Made by a program: the position numbers and the translations under genes
Assembly: GCA_020344315.1 (NCBI GenBank)
Contig: CP070820.1
Location: forward strand, 319,116-383,115
Direction of reading: 5' to 3'
DNA: 64,000 bases
Origin: Candidatus Bathyarchaeum sp.
Lineage (GTDB): Archaea > Thermoproteota > Bathyarchaeia > Bathyarchaeales > Bathyarchaeaceae
Notes under the pieces: model-generated
Database searches by the model: none
The model's input: only the letters and a program-made list of their open reading frames with translations
Told to the model about the DNA's origin: nothing
Shown: positions 44,227 to 54,097 of the stretch, piece after piece
How positions within the stretch are numbered: the first letter of the stretch is position 1
Layout: each line of letters starts with the position of its first letter

Positions 44227-44961
44227 ATGGAAAAATGCATGCCTGGAGCCGAGACACTTATTCCCTTTCTCAAAGATAAGGGGAAAACGGAACAACCTAC
44301 CATCATAGTGGATAGCCGTGAGGCGACAACAGCGCCGAAAATTGTCAAGGGCCTGAAGGAGCTGGGTGCCGTGGTTAGTATGCGGCACCTTGAGAAGGGT
44401 GACTATGTTATTTCAGACCTCTGCGCCTTTGAAAGAAAAACTGTTCGCGACTTCGTTTACACTCTTACCCGAAGGTACCTCTTCGACCAGCTTTTCAGCC
44501 TAAAGGAGTGTTATGAAAAACCTTTCATTCTCATAGAAGGTTACTTGCCCATCGTCTACAAATTCAGTAGAATCAAGCCCGCCTCGGTCTGGGGAGCCAT
44601 GTTCGCCCTCGCCAAACAAGGAATCTACCTAATCCACACAAATAGCTACAAGGAAACGATAGACTTCCTCTACACGGCTGCAAAACAGGAGCAAATCGTT
44701 GGAAAGAGAGCTCCAGTTGTGCATCCAGTAAAAAAACACGGGACCTTGGCTGATGCTCAAATCTTCTTTATGGCTAGTCTCCCGAACATCGGTAGAGAAA
44801 AAGCCGTAGCCCTCCTAAACGCCTATGGAGCTCCTTTAAATGCCCTCATAAATGTGGATCAATGGTCAAAGGATGTCCATGGGTTAGGACCGAAAATCAC
44901 GAAGAAAGTGAAAGATGTTATCCACAACCCATACGAAGAGTCAAACGAGGCTACAAACTAA
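44227..44961 (+). CDS. xpf: Short-form XPF/ERCC4 structure-specific endonuclease with C-terminal (HhH)2
   Basis: ERCC4 motifs IVDSRE, L..GDYVIS....FERKT..DF. C-terminal LPNIGREKA..LL..YG....L. ATG 44227 removes the overlap with the divergent DUF998 gene (the track opens at 44122). Confidence 0.8.
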   Translation: MEKCMPGAETLIPFLKDKGKTEQPTIIVDSREATTAPKIVKGLKELGAVVSMRHLEKGDYVISDLCAFERKTVRDFVYTLTRRYLFDQLFSLKECYEKPFILIEGYLPIVYKFSRIKPASVWGAMFALAKQGIYLIHTNSYKETIDFLYTAAKQEQIVGKRAPVVHPVKKHGTLADAQIFFMASLPNIGREKAVALLNAYGAPLNALINVDQWSKDVHGLGPKITKKVKDVIHNPYEESNEATN

Positions 44962-45046
44962 CAAAAATCGCTTTGATTCTTCAGGTGACCCATCGATTAT
45001 GATTTAAGTGAGTTGACTGACAATAAAGTCTGAGAGGAAAAAAATT

Positions 45047-46420
45047 TTGGCCGCTCTTGGGAAAGCAGACTTTGACCACATTTTTAGAGCCTACGATATA
45101 AGAGGGGTCTTCGGCGAGGACCTGACGGAAGAAGTCGCAGCTAAGATCGGAGCGGCCTTCGCAACTTTCATAGACGGCAGAACAGTCGTAGTTGGCAGAG
45201 ACGTCAGAATAAGCGGGGAAAAGCTTCGAGACGCCTTGGTTTCTGGTCTCGTTTCCCGTTGCAACGTTACTGACGTAGGCGTAGTTCCGACGCCTCTCCT
45301 TTATTTTGCCCTGAATCGCCTCCAGAAGGACGCTGGTGTCATGGTAACTGCCTCTCACAACCCGCCCCAATGGAACGGATTCAAGGCGTTCAGGGGGCAA
45401 AAGGGAAGCATTTACGGTGAAGACATGAAGAAAATCAAACAGATAACCAACGGTATTGATCCAAAAAAGCTGGGTGAGAAAAGGGGAAAATTAGTCAGTT
45501 ACGAGGGCATAATACAGGAATACCAAGAATTTGTTCAGAAGAAGATACAACTTGAACGAAAGCTCAAGGTTGTCGCAGACACCGCAAATGGCACCTGTGG
45601 ACTGGTAGCTCCGGCCCTCTTCGAGAGATTAGGGTGCAACATTTTAACCTTGAACCAAGAGCCAGACGGCACTTTCCCGGCGCATTTACCCGTGCCAAAA
45701 GAAGAGACATTGGGCGAACTGAAGAAGGAAGTGGTGAAGAACAAGGCGGATTTTGGAGTGGGTTATGATGGGGATGGCGACAGAGCGGTCTTCATAGACG
45801 AAAAGGGCAACCTGATCCCTGGAGACCTGACGCTGCTTATCTATGCCAAAGATGTCCTACAGAAAAATAGAGGCGGAAAAGTGGTTTACGAGTTAAGCTG
45901 CTCGATGGCTGTTGAAGAATACGTGAAGAAACTCGGCGGAATCCCCTTGGTTGAGAGGGTTGGCCACACTTTTATAATGGACAGGATGATTGAGGAGAAG
46001 GCATTGCTAGGCGGAGAAAAGAGCAGTCACTTCTATTTTTCCGAAGTCTACGGCATGGATGACGCCGTCTTCGCCAGTCTAAGGATGGCTGAGATACTCT
46101 CCAGAAGCAGCGAGAAACTCTCAGAAATTTTTGCTTCCCTGCCGAAGTACCCGTCCGTCTACGAGAAGAACTTCGAATGTGCCGACAACCTGAAATTTGC
46201 GGTCATTGAGAAGCTGCGGTCCAAGTTTAAGGAGTATGGTTTAAAGACCTTAGATATTGACGGGGTGAAATTATTGGAAAAGGACGGGTGGGTGATCTTA
46301 AGAGCCTCCAACACTGAGCCCGTCATAAGAATCTCAGCTGAGGCGAGAACGGAAGAGAAACTCAGGGAACTTTATGATTTTGCTAGTCAAGAATTGAATA
46401 AAGTTTTGAAAGGTGGTTAA
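45047..46420 (+). CDS. glmM: Phosphohexomutase (phosphoglucosamine / phosphomannomutase)
   Basis: Active-site loop VMVTASHNPPQWNGFK, metal site GVGYDGDGDR, sugar loop GGEKSSH. Confidence 0.85.
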   Translation: MAALGKADFDHIFRAYDIRGVFGEDLTEEVAAKIGAAFATFIDGRTVVVGRDVRISGEKLRDALVSGLVSRCNVTDVGVVPTPLLYFALNRLQKDAGVMVTASHNPPQWNGFKAFRGQKGSIYGEDMKKIKQITNGIDPKKLGEKRGKLVSYEGIIQEYQEFVQKKIQLERKLKVVADTANGTCGLVAPALFERLGCNILTLNQEPDGTFPAHLPVPKEETLGELKKEVVKNKADFGVGYDGDGDRAVFIDEKGNLIPGDLTLLIYAKDVLQKNRGGKVVYELSCSMAVEEYVKKLGGIPLVERVGHTFIMDRMIEEKALLGGEKSSHFYFSEVYGMDDAVFASLRMAEILSRSSEKLSEIFASLPKYPSVYEKNFECADNLKFAVIEKLRSKFKEYGLKTLDIDGVKLLEKDGWVILRASNTEPVIRISAEARTEEKLRELYDFASQELNKVLKGG

Positions 46421-47755
46421 TTGCAGACAATAATCCTTGCTGGAGGAGAAGGAAAGAGGGTTTTTCCCCTTGCGGTGAACAAGCCGAAACCCCTGTTCAA
46501 GATCTTGGGAAAGCCCTTGATTCATCACATTGTCGAAACTCTGAAAGAAGCTGACCTGAAAGACTTTGTCGTAGTGGTGGGTCACCGGGGAGATCAAATC
46601 AAAGAGTATCTCGGAGACGGCAGCAAGCTTGGAGTCAACATCGAATACACGGTTCAGAAAGAATCTTTGGGAATGGCAGACGCCCTTGAAACCGTGAAGA
46701 ATTTGGCAGAAGACAACTTTCTTGTTGTCAATGCTGATGATGTTTTCGAGGCTTCACTGATAAAAGAGATGATTAGACAATTTAGGGAAGGGGACGCAGA
46801 GATAGTTCTTTCCTGCAAACCCGTCCAAGAAACGTGGAAGTTTGGAATAATTCGCGTTGAGGACGAAAGGGTAACAGATTTTGTTGAAAAGCCTCCGAAG
46901 GGAAAGGAACCGAGCAATCTGGCTGTAGTCGGAGTCTACATCCTTCCCAAACGAATTTTTAATTACTACAAGAAGATTGCCGTTTCTGATCACCAGTATG
47001 AGGACGCGATACTGCGATTCATCCAAGACAGGAACGTTGTTAAATCAGTCAGTTACGATGGCTTTTTTGCAGGCTACAAGTATCCATGGGACCTCTTCAC
47101 AATAAACAAGCATCTCATGGATGGGCAGGTAAAGAAGCGGACGATTGAGGATGGCGCAGAGATTTCTGAGCGTGCAACAGTTGAGGGCAGAGTTTGGATT
47201 GGGCGGGGAACAAGAGTTTTTGTAGGCGCTTGCATAAGGGGACCCTGCTATATCGGCGATAACTGCATCGTTGGGGGCAACAGTTTGGTCCGCGATTACT
47301 CTTCTTTAGGCAGCAACTGTGTTGTGGGTTTCTCAACAGAAATCAAACATTCTCTCATTGGCGACGATTGCTGGTTCCACATCAACTACATCGGCGACTC
47401 CATAATCTCCAACAACTGCCTCTTTGGCGCAGGAACAATAACCGCCAACTTCCGGTTCGACGAGAAGAACATCAAAGTTAGAATAGGAGAGAAACGGATA
47501 GATTCCGGCACAAACAAGCTGGGCGCCATCATAGGCGACAACTGTAAAACAGGAATCAACGCCTGTCTCGAACCGGGAGTAAAGATCGGCCCCCAGAGCA
47601 TCGTCGGTCCCAACGTGGACCTCCAAGACGATCTGGAACCGGGAAAAATCATTCTCGTGGACAAGAATAACTACGTAAAGAAAGCGAACAAGATAACTAT
47701 CTCGTCCGAAAGCAAGCAGCAGCTGATGAAGAAACTTAGGAAATACGAAAGCTGA
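46421..47755 (+). CDS. Bifunctional sugar-1-phosphate nucleotidyltransferase / left-handed beta-helix acetyltransferase (archaeal GlmU-like)
   Basis: ILAGGEGKR..P....KPKPL..I.GKP and many hexapeptide repeats in the C-terminal half. It starts directly after the glmM stop. Confidence 0.85.
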   Translation: MQTIILAGGEGKRVFPLAVNKPKPLFKILGKPLIHHIVETLKEADLKDFVVVVGHRGDQIKEYLGDGSKLGVNIEYTVQKESLGMADALETVKNLAEDNFLVVNADDVFEASLIKEMIRQFREGDAEIVLSCKPVQETWKFGIIRVEDERVTDFVEKPPKGKEPSNLAVVGVYILPKRIFNYYKKIAVSDHQYEDAILRFIQDRNVVKSVSYDGFFAGYKYPWDLFTINKHLMDGQVKKRTIEDGAEISERATVEGRVWIGRGTRVFVGACIRGPCYIGDNCIVGGNSLVRDYSSLGSNCVVGFSTEIKHSLIGDDCWFHINYIGDSIISNNCLFGAGTITANFRFDEKNIKVRIGEKRIDSGTNKLGAIIGDNCKTGINACLEPGVKIGPQSIVGPNVDLQDDLEPGKIILVDKNNYVKKANKITISSESKQQLMKKLRKYES

Positions 47756-47915
47756 CCGCAGAAATTTTGCGCCTCTGGAAGCATGCTTCAAATCCTATAT
47801 CCTGTAGAATTTTCTATTGTTTTTGATGGAATGGCTCAAAAAGGTGAAGTTTTTCTTGTTTTCTGTAGAAATAAATAAGTTCTGCTCCTTTCTATTTAGT
47901 GGCTAGGTGTTAAAA

Positions 47916-48341
47916 ATGTCGGTAGCTAAAAGAAAGTTCTTCGGAGAGATAGGAGCGCTCCTTGACAAAACAGTCATGGTCATCACGGTTGATGGGAAGA
48001 AATATACTGGAACCTTATCTGGCATAGACCCAGAAACACTGAGCCTCTCATTGTCAGAAGCTAAGGAAGAAAAGGGCACAAAATTACACAAAGTGTTTCT
48101 GAACGGCAGCATCATCGGTCAAATCTTCACTATTGAGAAGCCCTTTGATCTGAAGGCTCTGTCTACACGCCTTGAAAAGGTCTTTCCAACCATGGTTAGG
48201 CTCTATGAGGACAAAGGCTTCATCTGGGTCATGGAAAAGATCAAAGTGACAGAGAAGGGTGTGGTGGAGGGTTCAGGTCCAGCAGCTGAGCGAGTTCAAA
48301 GAGTCTACGATCTCTTCACTAAAGAGGCAGCATCTAAATAA
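47916..48341 (+). CDS. Sm-like (LSm) protein with C-terminal extra domain (SmAP3-like architecture)
   Basis: Sm1-like VMVITVDGKKYTGTLSGID...LSLSL and Sm2-like KVFLNGSIIGQIF, followed by an about 70-aa C-terminal domain. AGGTG lies 8 nt upstream of ATG 47916. Confidence 0.6.
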   Translation: MSVAKRKFFGEIGALLDKTVMVITVDGKKYTGTLSGIDPETLSLSLSEAKEEKGTKLHKVFLNGSIIGQIFTIEKPFDLKALSTRLEKVFPTMVRLYEDKGFIWVMEKIKVTEKGVVEGSGPAAERVQRVYDLFTKEAASK

Positions 48342-49089
48342 ACCAAAGAAAATCCGACTCCCGCTTCTTTTTTTCTGTTGAAGGAGAAACAATCCCGAAA
48401 GACTTCAGTATGTCATTTGTTGCTTCTGCGGCTCCCTTTAAACTCTTCAGATTTGTTTTCAGATTCAGCATCTTACGAAGAGCTTTCATGACCTCCCGCG
48501 TAGCCAAGGCGTCTGGATACAATCCGGGAGTCTCAGCTAACAGACAGAAACCCCTCATGTCTCTCAATTTGCACAATCCAACAAGAAGTCCAGCTACCCC
48601 AAAGATGTGCCCTTTCATGACCTTGGCGCCAAGATTTAATGCATCCTGCAAAGTTTCCCGGTCTGAAGCCGCGCAATAGAGTTTCGGCTTTTCAACTTTT
48701 TCATCCTTTTTCAGACCCCCAACAGTCAGGATATATTTGCATCCAAGTTCTTCGGCAAGGTCTAAAATTTTTCCGCAGAGTTCATACTGTCCGACCGTCG
48801 TCAAGGCTTGTGTGTTGCCGTAGACTATGATGAGGTCCCTTTCGCCTTCTCTGGCTTTGTGGTAGTAGAGTTGGTTGACGGGAAAGTAGGTTCCTCCATT
48901 ATCGGTTGTCATGGCAAGGTCTTGGAAGAAGGATGAATGTATCTCTGCGAAGAGTTTTGCTTTCAGCTCTTGGATTAGATGTATAGCTGTGATGTTTGCG
49001 ACAAATCCAATGCCGGGTAATCCCTCAATCAACACGGGATCATTTAAGACCGGTTTTTCGTAAACTTGAACTCTACAGACCATGCACAT
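48334..49089 (-). CDS. PAC2-family proteasome assembly chaperone (PbaA/PbaB-like)
   Basis: PVLIEGLPGIG.VANI.A.HLI.EL.A..FAEI.S..F pattern, about 250 aa. Confidence 0.75.
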   Translation of the reverse strand: MCMVCRVQVYEKPVLNDPVLIEGLPGIGFVANITAIHLIQELKAKLFAEIHSSFFQDLAMTTDNGGTYFPVNQLYYHKAREGERDLIIVYGNTQALTTVGQYELCGKILDLAEELGCKYILTVGGLKKDEKVEKPKLYCAASDRETLQDALNLGAKVMKGHIFGVAGLLVGLCKLRDMRGFCLLAETPGLYPDALATREVMKALRKMLNLKTNLKSLKGAAEATNDILKSFGIVSPSTEKKKRESDFLWFI

Positions 49090-49158
49090 TAACCCTCAGC
49101 CAAACCAGCACAATTAAGAGACGGAAATTCAATATAAGTGTGTCTTGGCGGTTTCCAC

Positions 49159-50781
49159 ATGTCCTTTGAAATAGTAAACAGAGATTTGATGGCGCGGATA
49201 GGCAGATTTGAAACCAAGAGTGGAGTAGTGGAGACGCCGCAGCTGCTGCCGGTTATAAATCCTAACGTTCAAACAGTGCTTCCCAAAACATTAGAGGAAG
49301 AGTTTGGTTGCAGAGCCCTCATAACTAACGCCTACATAATAAATAGGAAGCACAAAGAAGCCGCCTCCGAAAAGGGCTTACACGAATTCTTAAACTTTAA
49401 TGGTACTATCATGACCGACTCCGGCGCCTACCAACTTCTCATCTACAAAGGCGTGGAAACAACCCCACAAGAAATTGTACGCTTCCAAGAGATGATAGAC
49501 ACGGACATCGCCACCATACTGGACATCCCAACAGGATGGGGAGTCACAAAAAAATACGCACAACAAACCGTAGATGAAACCATCAAACGAGCAAAAGAGC
49601 TAGAGAAGATGAAGACCCGCGACGATATAGCGTGGGTCGGTCCAGTTCAGGGAGGCAAATACCTCGATCTTGTAGCCAAATCAGCAAGAGAAATGACAAA
49701 ACTGCCCTTTCAGATTCACGCTTTAGGCAGCCCAACCCCAGTTATGGAACAATACAAGTTCGACACTCTAGTTGACATGATCGTAACAGCAAAAATGAAT
49801 CTCCCGCCCAACCGTCCCCTTCACCTCTTCGGCGCCGGTCACCCCTTCATGTTCGCTTTAATAGTAGCCCTAGGATGTGACTTCTTCGATTCCGCCGCCT
49901 ACGCCCTCTTCGCCCGAGAAGACCGCTACATGACAGAATCCGGCACCACCAGACTCAACGAACTAGAATACTTTCCATGCTCATGTCCTGTCTGCAATAA
50001 AACCAATCCAGAAAACATGAGAGCACTGCCGAAGGCTAAGAGACAAGGATTGATTGCTGAGCACAACCTTCACGTTAGCTTCTACGAACTGAGGCGAATA
50101 AAACAGGCGATAACTGAGGGACGCCTCTGGGAACATCTGGAAATGAGGGGCCATGGACATCCATCGCTTCTCCAAGCCCTAAAAAAACTAGGGAATTACA
50201 GTACATTTTTGGAAGAACATAGCCCCGTGACAAAGAGGCGGGGCATCTTCTTTTTCAGTTCACTGGGACTAGCGCGTCCAGAAGTCGTCCGCTACAGAAA
50301 AAGGATGCTTAACCGATATTCTCCGCCACCAAAAGCCAAGATTCTCCTTCTTTTACCGCAAACTCGAACGAAACCCTTCCACAACTCCAAAGAACATCGC
50401 GAAATCCTGAAGGCAATACAACAAATAGATACAGTTGATACCGTTCACGTTTGCACATACGCGGCTCCCTTTGGCGTAATACCTCTAGAACTCGATGAAG
50501 TTTATCCGCTGTCACAACATGAAATTGCGTCTCCTTTAGACGCTGAAACAATAATGTATGTGGCGAAACAGGTGGCAAGCTATATCGAGAAGACAAATTA
50601 TGAACAGATAATTCTACTTCGAGACCCCAAAGTCTGGAGGGGAAAGATCGTGGCAGCTTGCAGAAGGGCTTCTAAAAAGAAAACAATTTCCTTCACAGCA
50701 TTACGAGAAAGAGAACCTTGGACCCAGAACACTGTAGAACATCTTGCGGCTGTAATTCGGGAAGCAGTGAAGTCGCCATAA
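49159..50781 (+). CDS. tgtA: Archaeosine tRNA-guanine transglycosylase
   Basis: FEI...D...RIG.FET..G.VETP.L.PV.NP, TDSGAYQ, zinc site CSCPVC...H. ATG 49159 is preferred over GTG 49138. At about 540 aa, the C-terminal PUA region may be reduced. Confidence 0.85.
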   Translation: MSFEIVNRDLMARIGRFETKSGVVETPQLLPVINPNVQTVLPKTLEEEFGCRALITNAYIINRKHKEAASEKGLHEFLNFNGTIMTDSGAYQLLIYKGVETTPQEIVRFQEMIDTDIATILDIPTGWGVTKKYAQQTVDETIKRAKELEKMKTRDDIAWVGPVQGGKYLDLVAKSAREMTKLPFQIHALGSPTPVMEQYKFDTLVDMIVTAKMNLPPNRPLHLFGAGHPFMFALIVALGCDFFDSAAYALFAREDRYMTESGTTRLNELEYFPCSCPVCNKTNPENMRALPKAKRQGLIAEHNLHVSFYELRRIKQAITEGRLWEHLEMRGHGHPSLLQALKKLGNYSTFLEEHSPVTKRRGIFFFSSLGLARPEVVRYRKRMLNRYSPPPKAKILLLLPQTRTKPFHNSKEHREILKAIQQIDTVDTVHVCTYAAPFGVIPLELDEVYPLSQHEIASPLDAETIMYVAKQVASYIEKTNYEQIILLRDPKVWRGKIVAACRRASKKKTISFTALREREPWTQNTVEHLAAVIREAVKSP

Positions 50782-50887
50782 AATATGGTTTTGATAGATG
50801 CAAAAATTCTTGAGAAAAAAGGTTATTGTTTAAATGGTAGAATGCCATAAACCAGTCAACATTCCATTGGACTCTACATAACGGAGG

Positions 50888-52159
50888 ATGAAAACGATTC
50901 CGACAAAAATCAGTTTTCTCGGAGGTGCGAGAGAAGTTGGGAGGGCAGCGGTTACAGTCAAATCTGAGAAGACTCAACTGCTCCTAGATTATGGTGTTAT
51001 GTTAGATAGTGAACCGGGTTTTCCCATGCATATTCCGCCCAAAGAGGTTGATGCCATCATTCTAACTCACAGTCACCTAGATCATTCAGGGGGTATTCCT
51101 CTCTTCCACATTCAAGAGAAGAAACCCGTTTACGGAACGCAACTAACCTTTGATCTAGCCAAGCCCCTCATATCTGACTTTATACACCTGTCAGGTTACT
51201 ACCTCTCCTTCGAGTATCTAGAATTGCAAACCATGCTGAGAAGCACGATTCACCTTGACTTCAGAAAAGAAGAAACCATAGGAGACATGAAATTTCAACT
51301 TCTAAATTCTGGGCATCTACCCGGAGGCGCTCAAGCTCTAGTGGAGGCAAATGGGAAACGGATTGTCTACACAAGCGACTACAACACAAGGGAAACCCGC
51401 CTTCTCTCTGGCGCAGACAGAGACTACGGAAACCTCGACGCCCTAATCATAGAGAGCACTTACGCCGACGAGGTTCACCCTGACAGAGCAGAGCTAGAAA
51501 AAGAATTCATGGAAAGCGTCAACGAAGTCGTGGAAAACGGAGGAACCGCCCTGATTCCCGCCTTCAGCGTAGGACGTTCACAAGAAATCGCCTGCGTCCT
51601 AGCCGCCAACCACTTCGAGTATCCAGTTGCCATGGACGGTATGGCTCGTGAGGCTAACCGCATAATGATGAACCACCCGTCCTATATGCGAGATCCCAAG
51701 TTGTTCATGAACGCTCTTCACTCCGCGGCTTGGGTGGAAGGATGGAAAGACCGGAGAACAATAGCCAGAAAACAGGGGGCAATAATATCTCCGGCAGGGA
51801 TGCTTAAAGGAGGACCAGCCGCCTTTTACATCCAAAAGGTTGGGAAAAAGAGCCAGAACGCTGTTTTCCTTGTAGGCTATCAGATTCCTGGAACCCCAGG
51901 CCGGGAGTTGCTTGACGAGGGGAAGTGCGTTATTGACGGGAAAGTGCAGAAAGTGAAAGCTCAAGTGAAACGCTTCGATTTTTCGTCTCACAGCGGAGGC
52001 AACGATCTTAAGGAGGCGGTGAAAGAATTGAAGGGAAACCCCGTCGTTTATGTGGTTCATGGAGAAGAAAATAACTGTGAGATGTTTACCGAATGGATCA
52101 AAACAGAAGTTGGACTTGAAGCTGTGGCACCAAAGACTGGAGACGCCTTCACAGTTTAA
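50888..52159 (+). CDS. beta-CASP metallo-beta-lactamase ribonuclease, aCPSF2-like (no KH domains)
   Basis: FLGGAREVGR, THSHLDHSGG.P, FSVGR.QE, FS.HSG, VVHGE. 423 aa. Confidence 0.8.
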   Translation: MKTIPTKISFLGGAREVGRAAVTVKSEKTQLLLDYGVMLDSEPGFPMHIPPKEVDAIILTHSHLDHSGGIPLFHIQEKKPVYGTQLTFDLAKPLISDFIHLSGYYLSFEYLELQTMLRSTIHLDFRKEETIGDMKFQLLNSGHLPGGAQALVEANGKRIVYTSDYNTRETRLLSGADRDYGNLDALIIESTYADEVHPDRAELEKEFMESVNEVVENGGTALIPAFSVGRSQEIACVLAANHFEYPVAMDGMAREANRIMMNHPSYMRDPKLFMNALHSAAWVEGWKDRRTIARKQGAIISPAGMLKGGPAAFYIQKVGKKSQNAVFLVGYQIPGTPGRELLDEGKCVIDGKVQKVKAQVKRFDFSSHSGGNDLKEAVKELKGNPVVYVVHGEENNCEMFTEWIKTEVGLEAVAPKTGDAFTV

Positions 52160-52275
52160 GGTAAATGAACATCGACTAGATTTTACGTAAACTATCCATG
52201 ATTACTCGCTCTGCTTAGTGGACATGAGTGAAAGAATTTTATTGTAGAGCGTCTATCCTCTTGTGGTCATAAGCG

Positions 52276-53469
52276 TTGAGAGTCACTGAAAGAGTACAAA
52301 ATCTAGAATATGCGATTCGCGATGTGGTAGGATACGCCAGAGAGCTGGAGAAGAAAGGAAAAGATGTCATATACCTCAACATTGGAGACCCAGTGAGTTT
52401 TGACTTTGACATACCTGAACACATCAAAGAAGCTTTGATTCAAGCAGTGAAGGAAGGTTTCAACGGGTATTCTCCTTCCGAGGGCACTCTGGAGCTAAGA
52501 GAAGCGATCTGCGAAAAAGAGAAGAAAATTGGCGGCATCAACATTTTGCCCGAAAATGTGATAATTTCTAACGGCGTTTCTGAAGGGATTCAAATGATTC
52601 TCGGCGCCTTAGTTGAGAAAGGAGATCAGATATTGGTGCCGGGTCCTGCTTATCCTCCTTATATTTCATACGCAGAGTTCTTTGGTGGTGAAGCTGTTCA
52701 ATATCGAACTTCTGAAGAGAATGGGTGGCAACCTGATTTAGACGATATTCGATCTAAGATAACTGACAAAACAAGGGCGATAGTTGTTATAAACCCTAAC
52801 AACCCCTGCGGAGCCCTTTATGACAAGAATGTTGTTAAGGAAATAGCTGATTTGGCGGGAGAATTTAACATCCCTCTGATATCAGACGAAATTTATGACC
52901 AACTTGCATATGATGAGTCTTTGAGCACGGCTAGCGTAGCCAAAGATGTGCCTGTTATCGGGTTAAACGGTTTCTCAAAAGTATATCTGATGACCGGTTG
53001 GAGGCTAGGTTACGTGTACTTTTACAGTGAAGACGACAAAAATTTGAAGGAACTGCGAGAGCACATTACAAAAGAGGCGAGAATAAGACTCTCCGCTAAC
53101 ACTCCTGTTCAAAAGGCTGCTGTAGAAGCCTTGAGAGGACCCCAAGACCATATACGTCGTATGGTGGAAAAGCTGCGTAAGAGGAGAGATTACTCTCATA
53201 AGCGCTTAAATGAAATTGATGGAATCAGCTGTGCTAAACCCAAAGGGGCTTTCTATTTCTTCCCAAAAGTTGACGGAATTGGATCAAGATGGAAAAACGA
53301 TATGGCTTTCGTTCGCAATCTCTTGGAGAAGACGGGTGTCCTATTTGTTCACGGCTCAGGATTCGGAACAGCGTACGGTTCTGGACACTTCAGAGGAGTT
53401 TTCCTGCCTCCCATAGAAACTCTAGAGAAGACTTTTGATAGACTTGACCATTTCATGGCATCAACATAA
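52276..53469 (+). CDS. Class I/II PLP aminotransferase (aspartate/alanine aminotransferase type)
   Basis: NIGDP, NPNNPCGA.Y, PLISDEIYD, and the PLP Lys region FSKVYLMTGWRLGY. Confidence 0.85.
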   Translation: MRVTERVQNLEYAIRDVVGYARELEKKGKDVIYLNIGDPVSFDFDIPEHIKEALIQAVKEGFNGYSPSEGTLELREAICEKEKKIGGINILPENVIISNGVSEGIQMILGALVEKGDQILVPGPAYPPYISYAEFFGGEAVQYRTSEENGWQPDLDDIRSKITDKTRAIVVINPNNPCGALYDKNVVKEIADLAGEFNIPLISDEIYDQLAYDESLSTASVAKDVPVIGLNGFSKVYLMTGWRLGYVYFYSEDDKNLKELREHITKEARIRLSANTPVQKAAVEALRGPQDHIRRMVEKLRKRRDYSHKRLNEIDGISCAKPKGAFYFFPKVDGIGSRWKNDMAFVRNLLEKTGVLFVHGSGFGTAYGSGHFRGVFLPPIETLEKTFDRLDHFMAST

Positions 53470-53551
53470 GCGTTAAGTGAATGAATGGACTTCACGGCAT
53501 GGTATACTAGAAGAAAGAGTGCAGTTTCTTGTATGAGATAGATTGTTGTCT

Positions 53552-53701
53552 TTAGACGCATCCGCCGCAGTTGATGCAGCCGCTCATTATGCCTCTGCAC
53601 CACATTGGTAGTGGTCGTTGTGGCTTCTCGGTTTCTGTTTCCGCCTTCAGCCTCTTTTTAGCCAGGCTTTGTCGGCTGCGAGCCTGTTCTTGCAGTGCCA
53701 T
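53552..53701 (-). CDS. 49-codon ORF absent from the supplied ORF track: basic helical leader plus C-terminal Cys4 core (MALQEQARSRQSLAKKRLKAETETEKPQRPLPMWCRGIMSGCINCGGCV)
   Basis: Translated by hand. ATG at 53701 is preceded by GGTGAAAGCAAA (SD-like GGTGA, 7-nt spacing) and a T/A-rich stretch. It is below the ORF track length cut-off. Confidence 0.35.
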   Translation of the reverse strand: MALQEQARSRQSLAKKRLKAETETEKPQRPLPMWCRGIMSGCINCGGCV

Positions 53702-54056
53702 TTGCTTTCACCGAAATAACTAATGTTAGGGTCTGGATTATTCTTTAAGGTTAAAAAAAAGGATGTTTTGAGGTTTTAGTCACATTAATTGTTACTCAAG
53801 TTTACATATAAACAAGGAGAGATATTGAGGCAGGAACTTAGTTACAGATAATGTTACTTCTATCCCCAACAAATGAAAAATATGTAACAAAAAGAAGAAA
53901 AGGAAAATAACAAAAGGTTGGTGATTTGGGATTTGCACCCACGCAAAACATCTAGATTTAGCGGATTCAGCAGCAAGATGGTTGGTTAAATTATTTCCAG
54001 TTATTATTGTTCCATCGAGTAGTTCTCCCCGACTTCAAGCCAAACAGTTGACCTCA

Positions 54057-54072
54057 GTCAAAGTTTCTTGAC
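54057..54072. promoter_or_regulatory. Operator-like palindrome GTCAAAGTTTCTTGAC (same family as 34585-34688)
   Basis: 15/16 identical to the reverse complement of sites 2/3 (GTCAAGGTTTCTTGAC). It is preceded by a further TTGAC at 54048-54052 and lies 26 nt upstream of ATG 54098. Confidence 0.6.
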
Positions 54073-54097
54073 AAAAACGCTTTTCAGTTCTTTGAGT

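Noticed and set aside
44981-45400. 139-aa minus-strand ORF
   Set aside because: It is antisense to the 5' end of the phosphohexomutase gene, whose active-site motifs are unambiguous.
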